DNA of 64,000 bases, from the NCBI GenBank assembly GCA_965205855.1, contig OZ242184.1, positions 128,001 through 192,000 of the forward strand. The letters are read 5' to 3'. This document shows, in pieces, positions 1-9,673 of this stretch (the first letter of the stretch is position 1; the number at the start of each line of letters is the position of its first letter). This DNA is from Thermodesulfobacteriota bacterium (GTDB lineage: Bacteria > Desulfobacterota_D > UBA1144 > Nemesobacterales > Mycalebacteriaceae). The notes beneath the pieces are model-generated. The model saw only the letters and a list, made by a program, of their open reading frames with translations. It was not told the DNA's origin and searched no databases. A program made the translations under genes and the position numbers.

Positions 1-55
1 GAATAAAAGCAGCGCCCAGAATTATTAGTCCCGCCACTATGTAACGGAATTTCAT
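1..55 (-). CDS. 5' end of a membrane-anchored protein, possibly signal peptide peptidase SppA (runs off the window)
   Basis: ATG at 55 directly abuts the rpsA TAG and reads MKFRYIVAGLIILGAAFI, a signal or TM segment. The SppA guess rests only on the common rpsA-sppA synteny. Confidence 0.5.
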   Translation of the reverse strand, partial: MKFRYIVAGLIILGAAFI

Positions 56-1531
56 CTATTCCTTGTCTTGCGTCCCAAGTTTGCCAGACATCAAATCGCC
101 GAGTTTCGGAGATTCTTCCTGTGCGTGTTTCGAGTTGAACTCTTTGAGGGTTTCCCTTTCGTTTTGTTTGTTGAGCATTACTTCGCTCAAGATTATGCGT
201 CGCGCCTCATCGTCCACATTTTTTACAACGCCGTTGATTTCCAAACCCGCTTTATTATGACCCGCACTATTATCCGAATCCGCAAGATCAGAGAAACGGA
301 TAAATCCCTCAATGCCGCCTTCAAATTCAAGAACAAGCCCGCCCCTGTTTTCTTTTTTCACTTTGCCTTTCATAACAGTTTTGCCTTTTTTGATTGTTTT
401 GATGGCGGCTTTCCAGGGATCTTTGCCGAGTTGTTTGACTCCGAGAGACATTTTTTTCTTCACGGGGTCGCATCTTAACATCACAACTTCAATCTCGCTT
501 CCCTTGTTCGAATCGCCGTAAACCTCAACCGGGTCCGTTGTTCCCCGCCAATCTATGTTGTCGGGATGCAGAAGGCCGATGACGCCTTCCGCCACTTCAA
601 TAAAAACCCCCACCTTGTTCACATTTACTATCTTGCCCTTGATTCTTGAGTTTTGCGGGTTTTCTCGCGCGAATTTTTCCCAGGGGGTTTCTTGAGTCTG
701 CTTGTAACTGAGTCCTATGCGTTCTCCCCGGTTTTCAATGCTGATAACTTTTACCGTTATTTCCTGACCTCTGCTCAGCACATCGGAAGGGGATTTTACG
801 CGCTTCCAAGATACCTCTCTTATGGGTATAAAACCCTCCACGGTTCCGCTTCCGTCTGTCAGGTCAAGAAAAGCTCCGGCGCCTATGATGTTGGAAATGA
901 CTCCCTTGACCTGTGTTCCGATATCTATCTGTTTGGCAAATTCCGCTCTTTTGATTTCCCTTTGTGTCTCAAGCAGTTTTCTTCTGGAAACAACCACATT
1001 TTTGCGGTCCATTTCAATTATCAGTGCGTTAAAACTCTGTCCGATGATTTTATCCGTGTTTTGATGGTGTCCTTTGCCTATCTGCACCTGAGAAGACGGA
1101 AGAAACGCTTTTATATCACAACCTTCTATTTTGCACTCCACGCCGCCTTTTATTTTTTTTGAAGCGTTAACCCTGACGGGCTCTCCGCTTTTGAAATTTT
1201 CGTTCAGATTTTTTATGTATTTGATGCTGTCCGCTTCGCTTTTGGAAATCTTTGGAAGCCCGCGTCCGGTGCTTTTAATAAGTATTTCGACTTTCTCTCC
1301 CTCTTTTACCTCACAGTTTCCTTCTGTGTCGGCAAATTCCTTTAACGGAACAATGCCTTCGGACCTGAGTCCTATGTTGATGAAGACATTCTCCTCCTCC
1401 ACGCGGACAACGGTTCCGCTGACAACTTTCCCCACAATGTTTTTTTCATTGGAATCAATTTCTTCAAGGAGTTGGGAGAAGCTCTGGTCGCTCTCCCGCG
1501 CTTCGGTGGTTTTGCCGGCAAAATCAGTCAT
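56..1531 (-). CDS. rpsA: 30S ribosomal protein S1
   Basis: Repeated S1 domains (SEGIVPLKEF, AFLPSSQV, EGFIPIREVSW, GLLHPDNIDW, LGVKQLGKDPW); lies downstream of cmk. Confidence 0.9.
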   Translation of the reverse strand: MTDFAGKTTEARESDQSFSQLLEEIDSNEKNIVGKVVSGTVVRVEEENVFINIGLRSEGIVPLKEFADTEGNCEVKEGEKVEILIKSTGRGLPKISKSEADSIKYIKNLNENFKSGEPVRVNASKKIKGGVECKIEGCDIKAFLPSSQVQIGKGHHQNTDKIIGQSFNALIIEMDRKNVVVSRRKLLETQREIKRAEFAKQIDIGTQVKGVISNIIGAGAFLDLTDGSGTVEGFIPIREVSWKRVKSPSDVLSRGQEITVKVISIENRGERIGLSYKQTQETPWEKFARENPQNSRIKGKIVNVNKVGVFIEVAEGVIGLLHPDNIDWRGTTDPVEVYGDSNKGSEIEVVMLRCDPVKKKMSLGVKQLGKDPWKAAIKTIKKGKTVMKGKVKKENRGGLVLEFEGGIEGFIRFSDLADSDNSAGHNKAGLEINGVVKNVDDEARRIILSEVMLNKQNERETLKEFNSKHAQEESPKLGDLMSGKLGTQDKE

Positions 1532-1608
1532 AACGTGAATTGGTGCTGCTCCCGTTTATAAACTCGCCTCTTTTACGCAATTTGTCGCGCACACGGTATT
1601 TTGTTTTT

Positions 1609-2274
1609 TCAAGACGGTTTCCAACCTTCAACACAATTGAGAATTTTCTCAACAACCTCGTCCGCACACAGGTGCGTTGTATCTATTATCACAGCATCAT
1701 CGGCAGGTTTCAAGGGTGAGAGCTTTCTTTGGCTGTCCCTAAGGTCTCTTTCGGTTATTTCAACGGCCGTTTCGCCGCCCGATTTTCCGGTTTGCAAGTT
1801 TCTTCGCCTCGCCCTTTCCTCAGGCTCCGCGGTGAGAAAAAACTTGTAATCGGCGTCGCGGAAGATATTTGTTCCCATATCTCTTCCTTCTGCGACTATG
1901 CTGGAATTCTCTCCACAAACGCGCTGAATGCGTCCGAGAGTTTTCCTCACTTTTTCCATTTCCGAAAATCTGGACGCGGCTTCCGATACCTCAGGCGTTC
2001 TTATCCTGTCGCTTACATCCCGTCCGTTAAGAATCACCTTGTATCTGTTCTCTTTCGTTTCACCCGAAAATATTTGCGCTTCAGTGAGCAAGGCCGCCGT
2101 TTTTTCACCGTCTTCGGGTTTCACTCCCTTTTCCAGCGCGAATAGGGCGAAAGCCCTGTATATGGAGCCCGTGTCCAGATATTTTATGCCGAGTTTGTGC
2201 GCCACAATCCGCGCGACCGTGCCTTTGCCAGAAGCGCTGGGTCCGTCAATCGCTATCACTGTTTTTTTTCTCAT
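1609..2274 (-). CDS. cmk: (d)CMP kinase
   Basis: IAIDGPSASGKGT P-loop, YLDTGSIYR, VAEGRDMGT, ERDLRDSQR. Confidence 0.97.
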   Translation of the reverse strand: MRKKTVIAIDGPSASGKGTVARIVAHKLGIKYLDTGSIYRAFALFALEKGVKPEDGEKTAALLTEAQIFSGETKENRYKVILNGRDVSDRIRTPEVSEAASRFSEMEKVRKTLGRIQRVCGENSSIVAEGRDMGTNIFRDADYKFFLTAEPEERARRRNLQTGKSGGETAVEITERDLRDSQRKLSPLKPADDAVIIDTTHLCADEVVEKILNCVEGWKPS

Positions 2275-3569
2275 TTCCCGGCTCTGATACTTTCAAGAAA
2301 ATCAAAAAAACCTCTGAAAGAAATTGCGACGCAGTCGGCGTTTTCAATCCGGCTTGTTCCTTTCGCTCCCGTCGCGGCAACCGCAAGCGACATTGCGACC
2401 CTGTGGTCTCCGGCGCTAGAGCATGAACCGGCTGTCAGATTTGCGCCGGTTATGCGCATTCCATCCTCAAGTTCCTCGATACGAGCGCCGAGTTTTCCAA
2501 GCCCCTCGGTCATAGCCTTTATTCTGTCACTTTCCTTCACTCTCAACTCCGCCGCGTCCGATATTGTGGTAATCCCGCGCGCGAAGCACGCGACCGCGGC
2601 AATGACCGGCAATTCGTCTATTGCCCTGGGAATAACGGAGCCCTTAACCTCTGTTCCCGTGAGTGTTTCTGTTCCTCTTGCCTCTATATCTCCGACCGGT
2701 TCTCCGCCAGAGAATCTTTTGTTGTATACGTTTATGTGCGCTCCCATATCTCTGAGGATTTCAAGCGCGCCAGTTCGCGCCGGGTTGATTCCGACATTCT
2801 CAACAACCACCTTGGAACCCGGGTTTATCACCGCCGCCGCGACAGGGAAAATTGCCGAAGAGATGTCTGCCGGAATCTCCACTTCCGTCTTTGTGAGGCT
2901 TTCCGCTCCGCCGCCTTCAATGACCACTTTTCCGTCTGCGCTTTGCACTCGCGCTCCGAAATGCCTGAGCATTATCTCTGTGTGGTCTCTTGTCGCTTTC
3001 GGCTCAACAATTTTTGTGTTCCCTCCCGCGAAAAGTCCCGCCAGTAGAATGGCGGATTTAACCTGCGCACTCGCAAGCGGCATTTTGTATTCCACGGCTC
3101 TGATATTTCCTCCCCTTATGGAAAGCGGAAGCAGTTTTTTTTCACCGCTTGCGGATATTTCCGCACCCATAAGCGAAAGCGGTTTTATAAGTCGCTCCAT
3201 GGGTCTTTTTTTCAAATACCTGTCTCCCGTTATGGCGGACTCAAAGGGTTGTGCGCAGAGAACTCCTGCAAGAAGCCTTGCCGTTGTTCCGGAGTTTCCT
3301 GCGTCTATGGTTTTTTCCGGCGTTTTCAGTTTTTCACAACGAACGGTTGTTTTTCCCGCGCCCGCTTCTATTTGCGCTCCTAGGAGCCTGAGAGCGTTTT
3401 CAGTGGAACGTATGTCTTCGCTGTCAAGAAGGTTTGAAATTTCCGCCCCGCCCGAAAGACAAGCTATTATGAGGGCTCTGTGAGAAATGGACTTATCCGC
3501 GGGAACTGTGAACCGCCCTCTTACCGGACGGCCTTTTCCTGAAAGATTTATGATCTTCTGCACCGACAC
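2271..3569 (-). CDS. aroA: 3-phosphoshikimate 1-carboxyvinyltransferase (EPSP synthase)
   Basis: DKSISHRAL, GNSGTTARL, ASAQVKSA, RDHTE, ELRVKESDRI, DHRVAMS. Confidence 0.97.
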   Translation of the reverse strand: MSVQKIINLSGKGRPVRGRFTVPADKSISHRALIIACLSGGAEISNLLDSEDIRSTENALRLLGAQIEAGAGKTTVRCEKLKTPEKTIDAGNSGTTARLLAGVLCAQPFESAITGDRYLKKRPMERLIKPLSLMGAEISASGEKKLLPLSIRGGNIRAVEYKMPLASAQVKSAILLAGLFAGGNTKIVEPKATRDHTEIMLRHFGARVQSADGKVVIEGGGAESLTKTEVEIPADISSAIFPVAAAVINPGSKVVVENVGINPARTGALEILRDMGAHINVYNKRFSGGEPVGDIEARGTETLTGTEVKGSVIPRAIDELPVIAAVACFARGITTISDAAELRVKESDRIKAMTEGLGKLGARIEELEDGMRITGANLTAGSCSSAGDHRVAMSLAVAATGAKGTSRIENADCVAISFRGFFDFLESIRAGK

Positions 3570-3612
3570 TCTCCTCTGCGGTTGCCAGTCTTCATCGTGT
3601 TCGTAAGCCGTC

Positions 3613-4008
3613 TCAGGGAGTTATGATACTTCCGCCGCCACCTTTTCCGTCTCCAGCGGACTGCTTTTTGGCGCGGGATTCAATAAGAGAGAGAAGCCGC
3701 TCTTTGAAGTTTTCTTCGTAGTCACATATTGAGGGAATTATGTATCCCAGCAGGGCTATCTGCAAAAGATATTCCGCGTTGGCGGTTATGTATTCCTGCT
3801 GAAATTTGCCGCCGTATGATTTGGAAAGACTTGAGAATATGTGCGCCGCCATATCGTCCATTGCCTGCGCTATGCTTTTTGTTCCTTTCGCCTGCTGATT
3901 TGCGGACACTCCAAAGTTAAAAGCGGTCGTTATTGAGGCTGCCAGTGCGGCTTCTGGAGAAGCACCGGCATCTTCCCCGGGTTTTGAGGTTTGTTCGGAA
4001 TCTGCCAT
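3613..4008 (-). CDS. hypothetical protein (131 aa)
   Basis: Clean ATG ORF co-oriented with aroA, with a promoter-like sequence immediately upstream; no family recognised. Confidence 0.75.
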   Translation of the reverse strand: MADSEQTSKPGEDAGASPEAALAASITTAFNFGVSANQQAKGTKSIAQAMDDMAAHIFSSLSKSYGGKFQQEYITANAEYLLQIALLGYIIPSICDYEENFKERLLSLIESRAKKQSAGDGKGGGGSIITP

Positions 4009-4016
4009 TTGGTGTT

Positions 4017-4045
4017 ATCATAACACAGAGGGGTCTTTGTGTAAA
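4017..4045 (-). promoter_or_regulatory. sigma70-type promoter, near-leaderless
   Basis: Minus strand TTTACA-N17-TATGAT with an extended TGn; ends 8 nt before ATG 4008. Confidence 0.55.
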
Positions 4046-4071
4046 TCAACACACCCCGAAGGCGCTTTGAA

Positions 4072-4572
4072 TTGAAACCGGAAAACATTATAAAAAAACT
4101 GGGTCTGGAACCTCTTGAGACCGAAGGCGGACTTTTCAGGGAGACTTATGTGAGTCCGGAGTCCGTTTCCTCGGAGCATTTGCCCGGGCGATACAAAAGC
4201 GACCGGAACTTTTCTTCGGCAATCTACTACTTTCTTAAGAAGGGGACGGTTTCCAGAATGCACAGGTTGCTGTCCGATGAGGTTTACCATTTCTATGCAG
4301 GAGACCCGGTTCAGATGCTGTCTTTGACCCCGGGTGGAGCAGCCGGTCTGGTGTTTCTCGGCAAAGACATAATGTCTGGCCAGTATCCGCAGGTTGTTGT
4401 TCCGGGAGGAGTGTGGCAGGGCATGAGTCTTGTTCCGGGCGGCGAGTTTGCCCTTATGGGAACAACGGTTTCCCCGGCCCACACGCAGGAAGATTTTGAA
4501 CTTGGGAACCCGGAAAAGCTATCGGAACAGTTTCCCGACCACACGGAGCTCATCAAAACGCTTTCCGTTTAG
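4072..4572 (+). CDS. cupin domain protein (DUF985/Cupin_5-like)
   Basis: LGLEPLETEGGLFRET, SAIYYFL, HRLLSDEVYHFYAGDP, PQVVVPGGVWQ, TVSPA..DFEL. Confidence 0.88.
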   Translation: MKPENIIKKLGLEPLETEGGLFRETYVSPESVSSEHLPGRYKSDRNFSSAIYYFLKKGTVSRMHRLLSDEVYHFYAGDPVQMLSLTPGGAAGLVFLGKDIMSGQYPQVVVPGGVWQGMSLVPGGEFALMGTTVSPAHTQEDFELGNPEKLSEQFPDHTELIKTLSV

Positions 4573-4696
4573 TCCCGTGTATTTTGACATACGCATTGTT
4601 TGAAGTTAGAAACTTGGGAGTCGCCGTCATGCCGTTTTCAGGAATTTGAATCCGATGTTTGCGTTGCGGGAACGGTAAAAGAGGTTAGTTTTTTAG

Positions 4697-6052
4697 ATGT
4701 TGTTTTCTTCGGGCATTCCGACAAGCGAAGATTCCGAAAGAGCGGTTCTCGGCGCGATAATTCTTGACAACTCGTGCATAAACGAGGTTCTTCAAATAGT
4801 TTCCGCGGAAGATTTTTACAGCATGTCCAACAAGACTATTTTTGAAGCAATGATAGATCTTGACAAGGAGAACAGGCCGCTTGATGTGCTTACCGTCTCC
4901 GAATATCTGAGCGGTTCGGGCGCGGATAGGTTCAAAAAAGTCGGTGGAAGCCACTACATCACGTTGCTTGCTGATGTTGTTCCGACCTCCTCAAATGTCG
5001 CTCATTACGCGAAGGTGGTGAAGGACACTTCTCTTCTCAGACAGATCATTTCAATGGGTGGGGAAATAGCCCGCAAAGGCCCGGACGGGGTAACCCCGGA
5101 GGAGCTTCTGGATCAGGCGGAGAGCAAGATAATGGAGATAGCCCAGAAAAGAATCCGTCCGGCGTTTTCGCCTCCTCCGGAACTCGCCGCCCGAACGCTT
5201 GAGCACATAGAGGAAGCGCAGAAGAAAAAGCAGGCAATTACGGGTCTCGCCACGGGATTCAGGAAAATTGACGAGCTGACATCGGGGTTTCAGCCCGCGG
5301 ATTTGATAGTAGTCGCGGCGCGTCCGAGTCTCGGAAAAACCTCTTTCTGCCTGAACATCGCCGAACACGCCGGGGTGCAACTCGGCAAAACGGTGGCGAT
5401 TTTCTCTCTTGAGATGACCGAGATTCAGCTTGCACAGAGAGTTTTTTCAATGATGGCGCAGGTAAGTTTTTCAGACTTGAGAGGCGGCCGCGTAAAAGAC
5501 AAAGACATAGATAAAGTCGCCGCCGCGTCGGACCGTTTCGGGCGTTCACGTATACTCATAGATGACAGCCCGGTGCAGACGGCTCTTGAAATTCGCGCCA
5601 AGTGCAGACGGCTCAAGAAAGACAAGGGGCTTGACCTTATAATAATCGACTACCTTCAACTTATGCACGGAGGTGGGAGAATCGAAAGCAGAGAAAGGGA
5701 GATTGCTCAGATATCTTCATCGCTCAAAGCGCTTGCTAAGGAGCTTTACGTGCCCGTGGTTGCGGTCTCGCAGTTAAGCCGGCAAACGGAGATACGTTCC
5801 GACCGCCGCCCTCAGCTTTCAGATTTAAGGGAAAGCGGCGCCATAGAGCAGGATGCCGATGTAGTGATTTTCATACACCGTCCCGATTTCTACGCGAAGG
5901 AAGAAGATGAAAAAACCGGCGAGGCGGAGGTAATCATAGGAAAGCAGAGAAACGGCCCCCTCGGCGTGGCCAGGCTGGCGTTCCTTGAACAAATAGGGGT
6001 GCCGGGATTTGCCGAGCTTGCCTACGACGGGTTTGAAGTTTACGACAATTAG
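4697..6052 (+). CDS. dnaB: replicative DNA helicase
   Basis: SERAVLGAII, AARPSLGKT, IIIDYLQLM, SQLSR, RPQLSDLRESGAIEQDAD, KQRNGP. Confidence 0.98.
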   Translation: MLFSSGIPTSEDSERAVLGAIILDNSCINEVLQIVSAEDFYSMSNKTIFEAMIDLDKENRPLDVLTVSEYLSGSGADRFKKVGGSHYITLLADVVPTSSNVAHYAKVVKDTSLLRQIISMGGEIARKGPDGVTPEELLDQAESKIMEIAQKRIRPAFSPPPELAARTLEHIEEAQKKKQAITGLATGFRKIDELTSGFQPADLIVVAARPSLGKTSFCLNIAEHAGVQLGKTVAIFSLEMTEIQLAQRVFSMMAQVSFSDLRGGRVKDKDIDKVAAASDRFGRSRILIDDSPVQTALEIRAKCRRLKKDKGLDLIIIDYLQLMHGGGRIESREREIAQISSSLKALAKELYVPVVAVSQLSRQTEIRSDRRPQLSDLRESGAIEQDADVVIFIHRPDFYAKEEDEKTGEAEVIIGKQRNGPLGVARLAFLEQIGVPGFAELAYDGFEVYDN

Positions 6053-6088
6053 ACCGATGCTTCTCCGCTCGGTTTTAAGCCGGTTTTT

Positions 6089-6736
6089 TCAGACAAGAGA
6101 CGGCTTGATTTTTCTCTCTTCCGCCGTTTCCGTTTTGTAAAGAACCGCGTCTTTCTGCCAACGGGTAAACTTGTCAAAAATCTTCTTTATTTTCACTTGG
6201 GTTGAATGCCACTTGAAACCCCATTCGTGGTTTTTTCCGGAGTCTTCAAAAAAGGTTTTGAGGAAAAACTCCCTTTCTCTGCGGAGCCCTTTTTCCGCAA
6301 TCCATCCCGTGCGGGCAACAGCGTATCCGCACCCAAACCCCATTGCGATTGTGCCGCAAAGTCCAAGTGCTTCGGCGGCTTTTACTGCAAGTTCAAGATA
6401 GCAATACAACGCCTGTGGCGTGCTATATTTCCTCGTCCTCATAAGCGAGTCCATCTCAAGAAGGTTTTTTACAAAATACATTGGATAGTAGGTCGGGCTG
6501 TTGATATCAACTGATTTTGTGGCGCACATAAGCGGATGCTTGATTATCACATCCTCGTCTATCAAGCCTATCATAAACTTGCTTTTGTCGAACCCGCCCG
6601 TATCGCCGCACATACCAAGACTCTTCGAGATGTTGTTCCATTCCCTTTGCGCAACCGCAAGAGCGGACTCAATGCGCTCGCGCCCCGCCCCCTGCGAGCC
6701 GTCCACAAGGTCGTCAAGCGTTGGAATCGCGCTCAT
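6089..6736 (-). CDS. hypothetical protein (215 aa)
   Basis: Start overlaps the glycerate kinase stop (TAATG coupling); no family recognised. Confidence 0.8.
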   Translation of the reverse strand: MSAIPTLDDLVDGSQGAGRERIESALAVAQREWNNISKSLGMCGDTGGFDKSKFMIGLIDEDVIIKHPLMCATKSVDINSPTYYPMYFVKNLLEMDSLMRTRKYSTPQALYCYLELAVKAAEALGLCGTIAMGFGCGYAVARTGWIAEKGLRREREFFLKTFFEDSGKNHEWGFKWHSTQVKIKKIFDKFTRWQKDAVLYKTETAEERKIKPSLV

Positions 6737-8073
6737 TATTTTACTTCTTTCCCCACTAGGATAATGCCGATGTCCATAACGTTCGTTCCCGTGGGCCCCG
6801 TTTTTATCAAATCGCCGAGAGATTCAAAAAAAGAGTATGAGTCGTTTTCCATAAGGTGGTCGCGTGCGCTGATTCCTCTTTTCCGAGCTATAAGGCGCGA
6901 CTCGCCATCGCATATCGCGCCTGCGGCATCGGTGGGCCCGTCAATTCCGTCCGTTCCGGCAAAGAGGCCGACTATGTTTTTATGTCCTATTATCTCCATG
7001 CAGAAAGACAAAGCGGTTTCCGTGCATCTTCCGCCTTTTCCGCTCTTTTTCACATTGACGGTTGTTTCTCCTCCGAATATGACGCACGCGGGCATTGAGA
7101 GCGGTTTGCCGAATCTTTTAATATCAAGCGCGATTCCCGCAAAGCATTTTGCCGCCTCTTTCGCCTCGCCCGTTATTTGGGACGACAGCGCGATTGTTGA
7201 GTAACCGAACTCTTCTGCCTTTTCCCCCGCGGCGGATACGCATTTGTTGTTGTTTCCGATTATGACTGTCTGGGAGCGTGTGTTTTGCGGAATGTTGGCT
7301 CCGGTGGGCTGCCCGCCATGGTGAAGACCTTTTTCAAGTTCAACAACAACTTTCGGGGGAATTTGATGCTCAATCTCAAGCGCCTCAATCACGCGCCACG
7401 CTTCCTTGAAGGTTGTTGTATCAGCAACCGTAGGTCCCGATGCTATCATCTCCGGGCTGTCTCCCACGACATCGGACAGTATGAGAGTTATAACCTCGGA
7501 CGGAAGCGCCTGTTTTAGAAGTCCGCCGCCTTTTATGCTGGAAAGTTTCTTTCTGACGGTGTTGAGCCCGTATGTGTCAACTCCGGAGACAAGAAGTTGT
7601 TTTGTGACTTTCTGCTTATCTTCAAGGGTCAAGCCTTCGCGTGGCATTGCGAGCATTGAACTTCCACCGCCCGATATAAGGAACAGCACAAGGTCGTCTT
7701 TGTCAGTTTTTTCAAGTCTTTTCATGATTTCGCTTGCTGCGTGAGCGCTTTTTTCATCGGGAACCGGGTGACTTGAGATCATGAATTCCATCCGTTTGAA
7801 CCCTTGGGGCGGCTTTGAGTTTGAAACAACGATGCCGTCTGTAATGCGGTTTGCGAGCAGTTTTTCCGCGGCTTGCGCCATTGCCGCCGCCGCTTTGCCA
7901 AAAGAAAAGACATATATTCCCTTGTAGGAATACAGGTCGTAACTTTTCCCCTCGACTTTCAGTGTGTCATCTTCAACGGAAACATGCTCAAACATACACC
8001 GCGCGGGATTAACCGCTTCTATCGCGGATTCCAGTATCCGCATGGCGTCCTTTCTGAGTTTTTTGTTAGACAT
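6736..8073 (-). CDS. glycerate 2-kinase (MOFRL/TtuD family)
   Basis: FGKAAAAM, SHPVPD, LISGGGSS, LSDVVGD, IASGPT, GGETTV, GTDGIDG, TGPTGTNVMD. Confidence 0.93.
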   Translation of the reverse strand: MSNKKLRKDAMRILESAIEAVNPARCMFEHVSVEDDTLKVEGKSYDLYSYKGIYVFSFGKAAAAMAQAAEKLLANRITDGIVVSNSKPPQGFKRMEFMISSHPVPDEKSAHAASEIMKRLEKTDKDDLVLFLISGGGSSMLAMPREGLTLEDKQKVTKQLLVSGVDTYGLNTVRKKLSSIKGGGLLKQALPSEVITLILSDVVGDSPEMIASGPTVADTTTFKEAWRVIEALEIEHQIPPKVVVELEKGLHHGGQPTGANIPQNTRSQTVIIGNNNKCVSAAGEKAEEFGYSTIALSSQITGEAKEAAKCFAGIALDIKRFGKPLSMPACVIFGGETTVNVKKSGKGGRCTETALSFCMEIIGHKNIVGLFAGTDGIDGPTDAAGAICDGESRLIARKRGISARDHLMENDSYSFFESLGDLIKTGPTGTNVMDIGIILVGKEVK

Positions 8074-8542
8074 TGTCTTTCAGGCCTTCCAGAATTTTAT
8101 CCACCGATTCGCGGGTCAGATTTTCGTGTAGAACGTTGTCAACCAGCATAACCGGAGCCGAACCGCAAGCTGCGAGGCACTCCGCCTCCATAACGGTGAT
8201 TTTGCCGTCCGCGGTCGTCTCTCCTGAGGAGATTTCGAGTTTGTTGTAAATGTATTCCTCAACTTCCTGCGCTCCCCTGAGTGCGCATGAAAGAGTCCTG
8301 CAAACCCAGACGGTGTGTTTTCCAACGGGTTTTGTAAAGAACATCGTATAGAAGGTGGCGACATTCTGAACGCTTGCGGGCGATATTTCCAGAATCTCAG
8401 AGACCTCAAGCATCGACTCTTCGGACAGCCATCCGAATTCTTGCTGAACCCGCCAAAGAGCCGGAATCAAAGCCGAGCGCGGCGTTACGGATTTCTTTGC
8501 GAGTTGCTCTATCTGTGTTCTTGTGTCTTCGGGCAGGGGCAT
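8066..8542 (-). CDS. nuoE: NADH-quinone oxidoreductase subunit E-like [2Fe-2S] protein
   Basis: RSALIPAL..VQ..FGWL, VATFYTMF, CRTLSC..ECLAAC (four Fe-S cysteines). Confidence 0.9.
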   Translation of the reverse strand: MPLPEDTRTQIEQLAKKSVTPRSALIPALWRVQQEFGWLSEESMLEVSEILEISPASVQNVATFYTMFFTKPVGKHTVWVCRTLSCALRGAQEVEEYIYNKLEISSGETTADGKITVMEAECLAACGSAPVMLVDNVLHENLTRESVDKILEGLKDNV

Positions 8543-8837
8543 TGAAACGCGCTCTTTATGGGTTGAAAAACGGAATAAAACTATACCATTGGAGAAAAGT
8601 GGGCAAGAAAGCGGAGTCTCTTACGCAATACAGTAGAATGGTAGACGTGTTTCACGTATTTGAAAGCGAAACGGAGCGCAACTTACCACAATGCTGAACG
8701 CTGAAACAAAAAGTAGCATAGCTCGACTTTGACGAGAATATACGCAAAATGATATTGGAATATTCGCACGTTTACGCTCCCCTGAAAATGTTCGAGACCG
8801 GGATCCAAAGGGAAAACTGAAAATCCTGTTCTTCCGC

Positions 8838-9596
8838 TCAATTCACATACTGAAACTGCGGATATACAAAACTGCCCTTCATCCATACCGCCCATGTGGG
8901 GTCGCCAATGGGTTTAAGTTTGTGGAGCGGGTGCCCTTTGGGAGCGACTACCTTAACCTTTGCATCGCTTATTGTCTTTATTGAGCCCAGATACGGGATT
9001 GGATACTTAACAATTCTATTTCCTTTTTTCCCAAAATAGTTCAGGTGTCCGCTCTCAGGATTTTTAAGTCTTTTCCCCGTAATGTTTGCTTCAACTTTGA
9101 TGAGGCTTTTTCCTCCGGCATGCAGAGTCGCTCTCAGTTTTTTGCCCGATTTGGAAGTGTCGACTTTTGTTTTCCCCTCAGTCGCCGGAATGCCCGCCTC
9201 TAAGGCAAAATTTCTCATTTTTTTCGAACTGTTGAAGTAGTGGACAAAATACCTACCCGGATAACCGTTATCCCTGTCCACCACATATGAGTCGTTTCCT
9301 TTTATCTCAATTGTCAGATAAGTGAGCGTGTAAGCGCCGAAACCCGATGTCTGACGGCTTCTCGGAACGGTGTACATGTTTATTACCACATGCCCGTTGG
9401 GGTGAGGCTCCAAGCCATCGGGAAGAAGCTCTGTAAGAGTTTTGGGATCGGCTTTGTATGCGGCTATGAACATCCACGCGTCCTTGACAAGTTGTGGCGC
9501 GGGAAGCGGGTCGGGAGTTTTGCCCGCAGTTGCAACCGCAACCGGCAACAAGATGAAAAGCATGGCGTATGCAAGCGCGTTTTTTAACTTTTTCAT
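8838..9596 (-). CDS. secreted acetoacetate-decarboxylase-like fold protein
   Basis: N-terminal signal peptide (MKKLK..AVATA); ADC-family-like YKADP..LLPDGLEP and SGFGAY..YL; GGAGG SD. Confidence 0.6.
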   Translation of the reverse strand: MKKLKNALAYAMLFILLPVAVATAGKTPDPLPAPQLVKDAWMFIAAYKADPKTLTELLPDGLEPHPNGHVVINMYTVPRSRQTSGFGAYTLTYLTIEIKGNDSYVVDRDNGYPGRYFVHYFNSSKKMRNFALEAGIPATEGKTKVDTSKSGKKLRATLHAGGKSLIKVEANITGKRLKNPESGHLNYFGKKGNRIVKYPIPYLGSIKTISDAKVKVVAPKGHPLHKLKPIGDPTWAVWMKGSFVYPQFQYVN

Positions 9597-9673
9597 AAAA
9601 TTTTCCTCCTTTGATGCTAACTTTAAATTTTTTAATGGAAAATTACGGAAAAATCAATACCCCTTGGTGCGGT

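Noticed and set aside
2197-3483. 428-aa plus-strand ORF antisense to aroA, and many similar shadow ORFs over atp, lon, cob and groEL
   Set aside because: Mirror frames of well-conserved genes, with Ser/Pro/Ala-rich composition, no motifs and no RBS.
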